The translations under genes and the position numbers were made by a program. Positions 1 through 12,400 of a stretch of 64,000 nucleotides of DNA are shown one piece after another. The DNA lies in assembly GCA_002633005.1 (NCBI GenBank), contig NMRA01000031.1:458888-522887 (forward strand), written 5' to 3'. The notes under the pieces are model-generated. The model did no database searches and was not told the origin of the DNA. It saw only the letters and a list, made by a program, of their open reading frames with translations. Numbering within the stretch: the first letter of the stretch is position 1; the number at the start of each line of letters is the position of its first letter. Origin of the DNA: Phoronis australis. Lineage: Eukaryota > Animalia > Phoronida.

Positions 1-378
1 CAATTGTTTTGAGAACTGCACCCAACCGTGATTGTTATCATGAAATAACAATTTGCTATCGGACACTACAGTGCACTTAATAAATATCTGTCTAAAGGGT
101 GGCAACGATGCCATACCTGGCCACCAGGGGGACGACGAAAATTGACAAACTTCCAAGAGTCAACTATCTAGAGTCATGCCTCAGTTGTCGCGTAGACATC
201 CAGGAGTTACTCGTTCAGCAAAATATTCACAAGCTGTACTCTGGAAGGTGCCTCTTTTGCTTTGTGTCAGCCATAAACACAACACACAGAGATGACATAC
301 TATATATAGACACGAGTGTGAAGTATACAGCTATACACCCCACAACACAGCAATAGTTGGTCAGCAGAGAGTACCCAC

Positions 379-432
379 CTTGGCTCGAAGCTTGGCCAGT
401 TCTGCTTCTGTTACTGCATTCTTGTACTGGGC
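379..432 (-). CDS. PPP1R9A: Neurabin coiled-coil exon (54 nt)
   Basis: [18 protein letters not shown] resembles the neurabin LQ.KHAVTEAEIQ.LK.K segment; TTGTAG acceptor and GTGGGT donor. Confidence 0.88.
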
Positions 433-3400
433 CTACAATACGGCACACATTTCAGACAGAGAAGATAACAATACCAATGGAACAGATCTGTGAACATGCA
501 GCTGAACTGTATACAAGATCAAAAGGATTGAATCATGAGACACGGATATTCTTTTCCAGGTTTGAACCTGTGCCCTTTAGGCACACCCCTTGATAAAAAG
601 TGAGCCTTTTTTCAAAAAGTTGTGCCCAGCAAAATCAGTCTAATTAAAGTGGTAACATATGAAACAGAAACCCCAAAGGCAATCGAAATACTAATGGAGT
701 CATATTTTACCCGATTACCAGACTGGCAGTAAGTCAACTAGAATCTTGCATTTTTGAAAGAGTGTTATGTTTTAAATGATGTGTCTGCTGGTTGCACTGC
801 TGCAATGTACTTGCGCCTTTTTATTTTTTATGCGCTAACAGTGCAAAGGCACAGGTAAGGAATATCCCTGATGAGAGCAGGAATAAAAGTTGACGATTAC
901 GCTAAAGCTTTGTAAGAACACATTAAACGCCAACATAATGGATATGACAATACCTTTGATGATGTGAATCATGTTTGAGAAGGATCATACAACATTTCTG
1001 TTTAAACTTCAGTAAAGCGCCATCTTCAGTGATTGATTTACAATCCACCCAATAGATGGCCACACGGTGAACAACACCATCTAACCAACTAAATCCACCA
1101 CAATACAAGAGCAACGCAGAGCGTTGAAATGCGCCCACAATTGCACCGTATACGGTATCCTTCTAGGGTTGTTTATTGGTACCATAAAGTGGCCAGTAGA
1201 GGGCATATATGTAGTATGTTGTACTTTGCAAAATGGAAAGGCATGGTACTTGTCTCCTCAATAGGCTAGGGGCAAAATGTGAGTAATCTTCATAATACAA
1301 GCACATCCTATACACCAGTTGCTTAAAGCACCACAGAAACATAGAATTAAAAACAAATTTACCAACATACGAGATTAGCACAGCATTAGAATGCCAGAAA
1401 CAAATTTCTACTTGGAACTTATCCTTCATAGTCACGAAGTAACACAAAGTACACACCTGAAGAAAATACAGAGGTCAATGTAAAATACTAAAATTGCCAC
1501 TAGAGGCAAATACTAAAATTGCCACTAGAGGAATACCGGTAGTCAGAATCATCCTAAAGTCGTCATCGTCCGTTGTCAACATCACATAAATACACTTGCT
1601 AAATTTAGTAAAGATCCTGCAAACGGTTTGGGAGATACAGCCATGGGCGCAAAAAAAACNNNNNNNNNNNNNNNNNNNNNNNNNNNNNNNNNNNNNNNNN
1701 NNNNNNNNNNNNNNNNNNNNNNNNNNNNNNNNNNNNNNNNNNNNNNNNNNNNNNNNNNNNNNNNNNNNNNNNNNNNNNNNNNNNNNNNNNNNNNNNNNNN
1801 NNNNNNNNNNNNNNNNNNNNNNNNNNNNNNNNNNNNNNNNNNNNNNNNNNNNNNNNNNNNNNNNNNNNNNNNNNNNNNNNNNNNNNNNNNNNNNNNNNNN
1901 NNNNNNNNNNNNNNNNNNNNNNNNNNNNNNNNNNNNNNNNNNNNNNNNNNNNNNNNNNNNNNNNNNNNNNNNNNNNNNNNNNNNNNNNNNNNNNNNNNNN
2001 NNNNNNNNNNNNNNNNNNNNNNNNNNNNNNNNNNNNNNNNNNNNNNNNNNNNNNNNNNNNNNNNNNNNNNNNNNNNNNNNNNNNNNNNNNNNNNNNNNNN
2101 NNNNNNNNNNNNNNNNNNNNNNNNNNNNNNNNNNNNNNNNNNNNNNNNNNNNNNNNNNNNNNNNNNNNNNNNNNNNNNNNNNNNNNNNNNNNNNNNNNNN
2201 NNNNNNNNNNNNNNNNNNNNNNNNNNNNNNNNNNNNNNNNNNNNNNNNNNNNNNNNNNNNNNNNNNNNNNNNNNNNNNNNNNNNNNNNNNNNNNNNNNNN
2301 NNNNNNNNNNNNNNNNNNNNNNNNNNNNNNNNNNNNNNNNNNNNNNNNNNNNNNNNNNNNNNNNNNNNNNNNNNNNNNNNNNNNNNNNNNNNNNNNNNNN
2401 NNNNNNNNNNNNNNNNNNNNNNNNNNNNNNNNNNNNNNNNNNNNNNNNNNNNNNNNNNNNNNNNNNNNNNNNNNNNNNNNNNNNNNNNNNNNNNNACACA
2501 GTATGCACACACTACCCTACGAAGCCCCTGTACAACATTACCCTTAGAACCCCCAGTCAATACCTTCTCCCCTTCTACACAGTATGCACACACTACCCTA
2601 CGAAGCCCCTGTACAACATTACCCTTAGAACCCCCAGTCAATACCTTCTCCCCTTCTACACAGTATGCACACACTACCCTACGAAGCCCCTGTACAACAT
2701 TACCCTTAGAACCCCCAGTCAATACCTTCTCCCCTTCTACACAGTATGCACACACTACCCTACGAAGCCCCTGTACAACATTACCCTTAGAACCCCCAGT
2801 CAATACCTTCTCCCCTTCTACACAGTATGCACACACTACCCTACGAAGCCCCTGTATAACATTACCCTTAGAACCCCCAGTCAATACCTTTTCCCCTTCT
2901 ACACAGTATGCACACACTACTCTACGAAGCCCCTGTACAACATTACCCTTAAAACCCTCAGTCAGTACCTTCGCCCTTTCTACACACAGTACACACACGT
3001 AACCCTATGAAACTCCCATCCATGGCTTACCTCCTTTAACTTGATGAACAGCACCTGAGGGTCCATGTCTGGCGTCATGGAGTCAGTACTACTAGCGTCC
3101 CCGTCATCAGCTAGTGACCCACTAGTCTCCACAACCGGTGATATCTCATCTATCTCCTGTGACAGACGGTTGATCTTGGCAGGCAGTGGTGGTGGCGCCT
3201 CATCAAGTGATTTCTGGAAATGCACCTAGGACTTTGATACTTCGTCCACATAATACACAATACGAATGGCAGTGTTCTATCACTTGTTTGACTCCATATA
3301 AGTGACTATTGCCTTTTATTTGATAACTCACTTCATAGTAAGTTTACTTCACATAGTGTTCAATGGTCTCAGGGTTACAGTGCCAGGCACTCAAACGTGC

Positions 3401-6400
3401 AGTGATGGATACAATGCCACGTCTTGGTTCCCCACAATTTCAAACATCTTAGGCAGAAATTCTCATAAAAATGCCCTATCCAAAGATCACGCCCAGGTAT
3501 AATGCTTTCCAGCGCTTTTTGGGCTTATCATTGTGCATTTTAATTTTTTGTAATAATAAACGTTAAAGAAGACCAATCCAAAGTTTGATGAGGAAGAAGA
3601 CAAAAAGACTGCAGCTATAGCTTAATGGAAAATTCATACTTATAATGACCAACGTCAGACCCTTTTAGTTACCTCAATCTCTTGCATTTGCTGCAGGTCT
3701 TGCTCCTTTTGAAGTTTCCGCTGCCTTTCCGCCTCCTCCATTTCCTGCCGTTCTCGCTTCAGTTGCTCCTCCAACAGGTGTCTCTGCCGTTCCTGCTCCT
3801 GTTCCTCTTCTCGCTCTCGCTGCAACTTCTCCTGCAGCCGGTCCAGCCTACAGAGGGGGCAACACAACACTCCAACATTTAGTGTAATGCCGGCAATGAA
3901 AATCGGAACAATCTGGTATGATCATATTCTTTCAAAACAATCAAGAGCACTTACTGTAAAATATAAAAGGATCCGTGCAAGCACGTTGGTCAGAGTTCAA
4001 AGCACAATTCTAGTGTTTGTAGTTAGTTGAGTGGTGTATGTACACGATCTGTAACTGTCACAGACAACTGCACACAAGACGGCAATTTCCCCACTTCACA
4101 ACCGTACACAATGTGTCTTAGGGTGACATGGTACAGACTTGCGGATGGGGTAAGCCTTCGAAAGTTGATACAAGAAAACAATGCAAAACGAGACAGATAT
4201 TTGAATTAATTTTAAAGACCCATTCCTCCATAAGATCAGGGAACCACTTTCACCGGGAATGAAACTGAGGCATAGGTACTAAATACTCCCAGTGATACTA
4301 CAGACAGCTACAAGTCCAGTAAACTACCTTTCTTGCTCATCAGAGAGCTGCTTTTGCATCTGTTGTAGACGTTGTGCCTCGCGCTTACGGAGCTCCTCCC
4401 TCTGACGATCCTGCTCCAACGACTGCTGTATTAACTTTGCCACCTCGCTCTTGTCAGGGTCCTTCTCTCGACCAATCAAAAACCTGCAACAATGAATTGA
4501 ACATAAAAGCTAGCAACTTTAAAATTTTCTTAATTTCGTTAATTCACTTTATGAAACAGGACTGACCTTTTGTCTAGTAACAAACGTGTTTACAATAAAG
4601 TGATAAGTACAAAAAGCACATCAAACACAGATTATTTGTCACCTTAGAAAATCTACATATGAACCAGAATCAAAACTAACATCTACATTAAAACAAATAA
4701 TTTTGCCCTTGTGGCTGTAACTTAAGTGCTCAACTACCTTCATTACAAAAAAAAACAATAAAGCTCAAACAAACATGCCTTGAAAAAAGCATTATCATTT
4801 GTCCATCAGTGACCTCTGTTGCCTTGTCTATTCTACATCACTTACTTACAATTTGCTTTTATCATATATCACTCATGTTTAACTTGCTGTGAGGTACTGT
4901 TCATTTTTGCTAATACATAAGGCATTGCACATCTTATGCCGTGAATTTTGTCATGCACTAGGTAATCAAATGCTTTGGACAGGTCTATAAAGAACACAAC
5001 TCACTGCACTGTGCCACTGGTGTTGCGCAGCACTGAAGCAGCATAAGCCTGGGTGACACCCACTAGACTTTTCTTGTCTACTTCAATAATTTGGTCATTC
5101 ACACGGATCCTACAAAACAAAACAAACCAAAACATGCCTTACTTTGCCTGGGGTGTGTTCCATAGACCAAATTTCTTGTGAGAAAATCGGGATCACGCAA
5201 AACCATGCTAAACTCGGGAACTTACTAGCGTAGACTAGCAAAACGGCCAGCACTGAAGAGATTCGTCAGAAGGAGGCTAGAATATGTTGAATTATCAACG
5301 AAAATTCACAGTTTCTACTCCATAATATAAAATTTCTCAAAGCAAAAGTCTTGTATCTTCTGTTATATAACGTCTATCCCTAAGAATTTATATTACATAA
5401 AATCAAAACTGCTTTTTTGCCATCAAATGGTATATCAATCACCATCTAAAAGGTCTCAACAAAGAAAAAACAAGTTCAAATTGTGGGAACATTAATGAAT
5501 ATTCATTTCTCAGACTGTGCCGAAAGTATAACAATTTCTTTTAAAGCCTATCTTCAATGGTAACAATTGTAAATTTGGTTCGTACAGTATGTTAAGAGCA
5601 TCGATCTGAGCCATAAATTGCCAAATGTAACGAACTGTCAAGCGTATTGGCTTGCTTTAATCTAGGTCACCGCGAGAATCATCTTTTAATTCAAACAGCT
5701 GCGAATAACACCTGCACACCATGGTGTTCCATTCAGACCCATATTCAATACAACCTTTTGTTGTTTGTGCTGGGATCTCGCAGTGACGCAACACGGCACG
5801 AAAAGGCAGCTTCACCTATCATTAGACGGGCTTACATTTGCGTGATTGAACTCGCGTTTTCTTATTTTACTAAAACTTTGCTAGGACTATCTGGTTAGCC
5901 CAACACATCTAAAATAACAAAATTCCATTGAAGTTAGGCTTTAAAGGGACGTAGTAAGACAGAAAAGTGATTTCCTGAGATCAGTCTAAACATGGATTCA
6001 AACCTGCAGCCCTGCCGTCACAATCTAAGGCTCTAAACATCACAGCAGAGCACTTTAAGGTTATTTAACTTGTAAAATCACTGGCTTTGATTTCAGTAAA
6101 TTTCTTGCAGATGGCGATAAAAACACAAAAACACTGTTGTTTCATATATGTTCATACAAACCTAATAACTGCCAGTCAATTAAGGGCATTTCATAATCAA
6201 CTTAAAAATGCTTCACTGGCAAGCCATATTGTCAAAAATCGTGACCTGCTAGGGTCAGTCGCTCACCTGCCGTCCCTCTGGGCAGCGCCACCTTCAGTTA
6301 GCGTCTTGATGAATATACCCAGCTTCTCAAGGCCTGCGTCAGCTCCGACTCCCATACCAATAATAGACAATCCCAGACCCTCAGGACCTGAAACAGATGA

Positions 6401-9400
6401 CTAATTGTTCACTGAACATACACTGGTGATCAAGCCACAGCAAAACATAGTGGCAATAGTCAAATCCACAAGTCTTATACTTTAAAATCATTCACAAGTC
6501 GGGTAACGCTTCTGATATGCATTGTGACACCTGACTAAGTAATGCCACAGCTCAGAAAATCAAATTTTGTAGTCCACGAGGAAAGGCAATACAATTGCAA
6601 CGACAGAGTCAATCTGTGCTGAAATGAATTGTCCACAGACAGAGCTAACACAATCGTGCGTAGAATAATAGTTGGATGACGAATATGATGACAAAGAATG
6701 TTAATGGCTTGGGTAGCAAAATGACTTATACGACAGTGCAACAAATGATCAAATGCCTTACACAAATCTAAGAACCAAAAATCTACTGGCAAAGCGCAGA
6801 AATGAGACTGCAACTACTTTGAGTGTGAAGTGCATAAATCAACTGCCGTGGACAAGTTCCAATCAAGTGTTTAACCGCAACACGCACTCCGTAACCACTT
6901 AACCCCTCTACTGACCTTTCTGCAGATCAACTGGAAATACGTTCATTCTTTCCACTCGCTTCTCCAGCTCATACTCGGCAGAGGCCGCCACTGGGTCGAT
7001 GTCTTCGTTCCTGCGGTCGTACTCATGCACTGCGAATGTGTGGTAAACCTGTAGCAAGCAAATCCAGACATCAGCCTTGTTACAACATTAGGACAAATGA
7101 ATTTTGATTTGCTACTGTCACATGTTCCTATTGGTCAAATAAACATCACATCACTGGGTCAATTCACCTCATCTTAATATTTGCCTTCAGTGTTTTTGCC
7201 ATCTTATCATGTACTTACCAAAATTATAACAATAGAGTTGATATTCGTAAAGGACAGTGAAAACATATTTCCATCTTGAAAAGCTTGACATTGAATCTTG
7301 CAACACTAGAACACTGGTATTGTGTAGGTAATAATTCGAACTTCTTCTTATGATCAAAACAAACTGTTCAAAACACAACACTGTCACAGATTTAAGACTC
7401 CATGGGATATAGCACAGGTCACAAATTTTTGTCCCACTGGTCAGTAATGAGTCAGTGACTGACCGTTTAGCCAGCTCCAACCAGACAAGCAGCAGTCTGC
7501 ACGGAGTTTTAGCTTTACTACCACTGTCTGTGGTCATCACTTGGGTCGGGAGTACAGGACAAGAAGCACATCACCACCACATGCTGGCAAGTTGTTGTGC
7601 AAGCCACAAAGCAACACTCCATCACAGTCAAATTTATGAAAATCAAAAACATAACACCACATGAGGCATCACAGCAGGGGTTCCAAAAGGGGATGCTATA
7701 TTCACTACTTACACAAATTCGCCATTATGCTTGAAAACGAGGTTTTGTGTAAAAACTACAAATGGTTGTGCATATTTGGAACACGCGCGTTCTCATGTTT
7801 TTCTTGTTAAACTTGATGCTAAAATGAGTCATCGAGTCCTAAATAATAATGCACAACAATCATTTTTACAGCGCCACCAAATTGTGCAAGCAATGAATAT
7901 AAGATGCAACTGAAGTCAGCTCCGCGATGTATGAAAAATTATCAAACCAGTTGGCTATTTTTGACCGGTTGAAGTTTGGTCGACGACTCACTCGTATAAT
8001 ACCAGCAGGACAAAAATTTGTGACCTGTGCTATGGTGATCCCTCCAAATATTTACTTTTATTGGGTCTTTACAGAACCGTATTTTGGAAGGTTTCTTTGC
8101 ATTGGGGTACAAATGGTCATCATGGTCACCGTCCGGGATCCCTTCAATCTCAAACCACTCCAACTCGGGACTCTCCTCTACTTTACCCGCCTCCGTGTCC
8201 CCCTGTTGGCCGTTCAGAGATGACCAATCAGCGTGTGCCACGTCACCACACTCCTCTGCTGGTGGGTGTTCCGTCCCGTCTCCATCCTCCCTCTGATGTA
8301 ATAACTCTACAACCTGTTGTGCTTCTTCGTCACTTAGTACGTCTTCCCGACTTTAAAAGAACACCATATGGTATAGGAATATGCTGACGCGTTGTCAATG
8401 CTACAATTTTTTTGCATTAACAGAGGCACACATTGGAAAGCAGTTACCATAAAAAATCTTCAATTTGGGACAAAAAATATTGCTAAAATTGGCATATTTC
8501 AATTTTCAGAGGGTTACCACATTGTTGCGAATGTTCAAAATGCAAATGTTGCTTGGCAACAGCTACATCATACAAGTCATGTTAACTGCAAAGTAAATTT
8601 TCTTGAAAAGTAATTTTTGAAGAGAACTCACATTGTGTCCCAAACCGTACCATACATTCCTTTAACTTGGAAAATAGAAAATTTACAACAGATTCCATTT
8701 CAAACATTGCAGGGCTGGTAATGCCCGCCAAAATTTGAGAGCTTTAGTTCGACCACAGGTTATCTTTCAATTCCAACTTAATGGCTGAAACCAATGCACA
8801 AAAAAAAGAATTGAAATTAGTCACAGATTGTTCCTTAGTCAACATAGGTGTGATATCTAGGCTTGGGAGGAAGCGGTAGTTCGTTATTGTTTGATGCAAG
8901 ACTCTACAAGTTGATGAGTCATGATACGATATTTTAGTAGTTGAGCATAGTCTTGAACAATAACAAACTTTCAGCTCTGTAAGAACGAACACCACTTCTC
9001 ATAATCTCGTATGAATAAGGAGCACAGATCAGATCAATTTCTTAGAGGTAAGGGACCTTAATAAGAAATCTTGTTTCTTCCAAGGTCAGACTACGCATCA
9101 CCTTAGGGTCAGACTATGCACCATCTTAGAGTCAGAATCGATGGACACATTGTGTTAGTCAGCGTGAACATAAGCTCTTCACAGGCTATTTCGTAACCAA
9201 ATTTTAAATTTTTGTTTGGGAACATCTATGAATTCTGAGAACAAATGGATTAAAATTAACAATATTCCCTAAAAATATTCATTATAAGAAATAACAATCA
9301 TTGATAACTTTTAAACATTGAGGGTTACAGCTGTGGTTTCAAACCACACAAGTTGGCAAACCTCAAGACACAAAATGTACTAAAAATGGCACTTAAGCAG

Positions 9401-12400
9401 AGTTTGAGATTTGAGGCACAAGCAACATGATGGCACATACATACATACATGCAAACATACAAGTACACACACACACACGTGTGCAAACATACACGTACAC
9501 ATACACACACACACATACACACATGCAAACACACACATACACACATGCAAACATACACGTACACACACATATACACACACATGCAAACATACACGTACAC
9601 ACACATACACACATGCAAACGTAAACGTACACACACATACACACATGTAAACATACACGTACACACACATACACACATGCAAACATACACGTACACACAC
9701 ATACACACATGTAAACATACACGTACACACACGTACACACATGTAAACATACACACACATACACACATGCAAACATACACGTACACACACATACACACAT
9801 GCAAACATACACACACATACACACATGCAAACATACCCCGTACACGTACACACATATACGCATGCAAACACAAACATCCACACACATACACATAAGCAAA
9901 GTTTAACACACACGTACACACACAAACTCAAACAACTATGAGTTAAACTTAAATAATTATACGCACTGTTTTGAGAGACAACATTATCACACTGATCTAA
10001 ATAACACAACACACTTATGCAGACACAAAAAAACATCTTTTTAACTGCATATGTAGAATATCCCTACTTTCACTGACTGCAGCACATCAGGAAATAACAC
10101 CAGATACTCTGACACTTGTAATGAGGTAAGGAACGCCATTTGATTTACGTTTAATCACCTTTGGAAAGGCAATGCATCCATCCTAATCATTCTAAGCAAT
10201 ACTTAAATTTCTTTACAGCACCAATCCATTGAAATAAGTTTACTTGCACGACAATTAGAGCTTATGTTGGAGCAAACAATTAGCCCAACATTCAATTCAC
10301 ATGTGATGCGACTGGACGTTCGAAGCAGTGGTATATTGCAACACCTGATTTGTTAAAAAAATCCTAAATCTAGAAAAAGTTGAGGATGAACGATAACAAA
10401 TCGTTAACATTCGCAACTCAACTAATGTGTCCAACAACACTCGACAGCATCAAGGAAATCACTTTAGTAATCTCACTTCACTAAAGAGTTCTGTGTCAGG
10501 GATTTTATGTCTGCTATTAAGAGACATCAAAGCTTTAAGCATGGCAATAAACAAAGGTAGAAAACGATGATTAAGGACGAATATAGTTCAACTACAGAAT
10601 ACAGGCGTTCACAAAACATCCCCAGAGGTCGAGATTCTTGCAGCTGGGTGATAAATCAATAGCAAATACAGGATTAACTTACCAAAATTAGAGGATAACA
10701 ACAGCAACTGGTTGGAAGATCTATCAGTAAGACCTGCTGCTATAATGATGCCAGTTGTTTTAAACAGACATTCACCTGTTACTGCTGTTCATTCTACTCA
10801 CAGAGCTGCAGGCAGAGTTTGTAACTGTCTAGAGCCACCATACAGTGTACTCAACAAACTGGGTGCACCAAAACTTTATACACAATAATCTGAGACATGA
10901 ATATTAGAAAAAGGTTTTACTGGAAACCAATTCAGCTTCGTTTACTCCAGGAATCCCAAAGTTTCTTTTGCAAGGCACAATAAAAACGCCACACCTTGAC
11001 CCCCAACTCTAATGGAAAAGAACTGATGAACAGATACGTTCTGACTCCACACAGTCACGCTGCCTTCCAGCCAAGGTATACTACCAAAGAAGGAACAACT
11101 CTCACTCCATCACTGAATTCATTCCCACATTCAATTTGAAAAAGAATCCACTGCAGCCAATATAGATATGTTTATTTTAATTAATCTCTGCCTTGGCACA
11201 TCGGGTTTATTGAAAAATAGTCTGTGTACAAGCTGCACAAGTTGTTGTGTTTCAGGCAAAACCTCAAACATTTTTTTTTTACAATAGCAGTCAAATGCGG
11301 CATTTTTTGCTAACTTCTGCTCTGTGTAATACAAACTTTGGGATGACTGGAATAAAAAACGCCATTAACTCCTACTAAAAACATATCCGGGTACTGTACT
11401 GTATTAAAATATTCTGTTAACATTTTTGGGACACCCTATATATGTTAATTAATCCAGCAACAGAATGGTATACTGGTAAAGTGATATCCCTGGAGTTGTG
11501 TGTTGAGCAGCAACACTGTTGTACCTAACAAGCAGCTCCAAATGACACTATTGAGAGCAAGAGAACAGTTTTCTTGAGATAAGTGAGACATCCACCACTC
11601 AGGGGAAGGGAAGTCTTGTTATGACTGGTAATCCCTATTTGAGCCCACTAAGTGACATCCAATCAACATTCAGAACTGGATTGCATAATTTAGTGGTCAC
11701 CGATTCTGGTTCTCACTGAGGTCCAGTTAGGTTTTTGGTACTTGTTGTCACTAAAAAACTAGTGTTCGCGTGTTCTTAAAGATCACTGAAAAGCCACATG
11801 TACACGGGGCGCAGTTGACACGGAACAGATGATCAGGCACAAGTATCCTATATGGCACAGAGCAAGCTGACACCACGACGGCCATTCTTGACACCATTGA
11901 GATGTAGAGAGAGTTGCACTCGATCAGTTGCTCCAGTGTCAACTACACATCTAAACACCAACTGGGATAAGGCAGAAGGGACCATTTCTATTACGCTAAC
12001 TCAATAACATAATTATATATGGGTGATCCGTTGGCATTCTATGTGGTTTGGACATTCACTATTGCACGTACAAACACGTCTTCATGTAAATGACTCATAC
12101 TAACCCAGTTTGCGATCAAATGCCGTACCCTATGCAACTCACACTGTGACAATTGCTCCTCATGTAAAATGGCCATAGTCCACTTAGGACAACCCACAGC
12201 AATACAAGCACATACTGACCCTTCAAACAGGATTTGAAAAAGAACCATTACATTGACCACAGCAGCATTATCCACACCTAAAGCAAAGTTATCTATCTTT
12301 TTGGCTGATTTCTACCCGATCATGCAAACCGACCACTAACTGTGACCTACTAACATTCCGTAGGGTAGAGAATACCGCGAGGCACCTTCTTCACTGACAC

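Noticed and set aside
118-134. Single CTCF-like motif TGGCCACCAGGGGGACG
   Set aside because: An isolated motif match with no supporting context; not distinguishable from chance.
2496-2981. CRISPR-like appearance of regular repeats
   Set aside because: Units are contiguous with no unique spacers, there are no cas genes, and the context is a eukaryotic intron.
1475-3010. Long 300-500 aa ORFs with 27-aa Cys- or Thr/Pro-rich repeats
   Set aside because: Artefacts of translating through the N gap and an 81-bp (multiple of 3) intronic minisatellite.
5990-6045. B-box-like GGTTTGAATCC on the minus strand (tRNA or SINE head)
   Set aside because: No complete cloverleaf or clear A box; too degenerate to call.
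9325-10036. CV- and HT-rich ORFs on both strands
   Set aside because: Translations of a compound CA microsatellite.
10683-10733. 51-nt segment with AG/GTAAGT boundaries inside the neurabin long intron
   Set aside because: It contains stops in the required phase-2 frame, so it could only be a poison exon; there is no further support.
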